Shown in pieces: positions 63,701-64,000 of a stretch of DNA of 64,000 bases. The DNA is from Gnetum montanum. Its lineage: Eukaryota; Plantae; Gnetophyta. Both the position numbers and the translations under genes were made by a program. Each line of letters begins with the position of its first letter. Within the stretch, counting starts at the first letter, position 1. Under the pieces are notes generated by a model. It saw only the letters and a program-made list of their open reading frames with translations. It was not told where the DNA came from and ran no database searches. The DNA lies in NCBI GenBank assembly GCA_015680685.1, contig MNCI01000357.1, positions 20,432 through 84,431 on the forward strand, given 5' to 3'.

Positions 63701-64000
63701 GCACATTTTTACCATTTCATGGAACAGGTGGACTTATTTGCAAATGGTGAGGTACAGAATCCTAATGAACTGAAACTGTTCAAGGAGGATTATGTTCTTT
63801 CTTGTAAAGAATTCTGCAACAGTTAATTAACCATGAAGTTGGAATAGAAATGAAAATGTTGCTAAATTGAATGTTTTGAAAATCAAGGGATAATGACATT
63901 GCAATTGGGAATGTTGGCATGAGGGTTTATCTAGAGTCAAAAGAAAATGGTGTATCAATTGTAGATATCTCTCTAGCTTATGATAGAGTAGCTCTAGTTA
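60799..64000 (+). mobile_element. SIRE-like Ty1/Copia remnant: end of 5' LTR, PBS, gag, then an env-like ORF with no pol between
   Basis: LTR-end motif ttattcatccatccccttcta and decayed PBS-Met tggtattgaagc at 60984-60995. gag MEGTSYTKTPMFNG.DF...AKEIWKTLEATYEGTS.VKQSKL..MREDEKI, with zinc knuckle CYYCHKLGHKQWNC at ~62582-62623. Confidence 0.85.
63283..64000 (+). pseudogene. Env-like / plant-transposon-protein-like accessory ORF of the SIRE-like element
   Basis: PNVLIRVFYCNI...SSIVGGILIEIS..VLNVIVGI fits the LVR.FY.N....S.V.G..I pattern of retroelement accessory ORFs. Runs to the window end. Confidence 0.55.

Overview
AT-rich, CpG- and CHG-depleted eukaryotic DNA, almost entirely nested, decayed plant LTR retrotransposons. 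I find no intact protein-coding, rRNA or tRNA gene and no CRISPR array. The host is a vascular plant, probably a non-angiosperm such as a gymnosperm (inferred from a PR-aRH-RT-RH-INT Tat-type element). From left to right: Athila-like element A (+, 1-7916) with a nested solo LTR; a CRM-like gag-protease remnant (9282-12091); near-complete Athila-like element B (-, 12092-23712); a third Athila internal fragment; LTR element D (-); a same-strand chain of host-gene fragments (CAD/ELI3-like dehydrogenase split by a solo LTR, RPK2-like receptor kinase, GH17 glucanase); a Tat-type element with an extra RNase H upstream of RT; a truncated Athila LTR; two convergent copies (E +, F -) of an Ogre-like gag-protease-only element; and a SIRE-like Copia gag plus env-like remnant. 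The strongest novelty candidates are (1) an antisense, multi-intron gene with conserved intron positions in both E and F, (2) the chain of host-gene fragments, one apparently inside an LTR, and (3) a perfect 4x158 bp tandem array in otherwise decayed gag. All homology calls come from motif recognition by eye; no searches were run.
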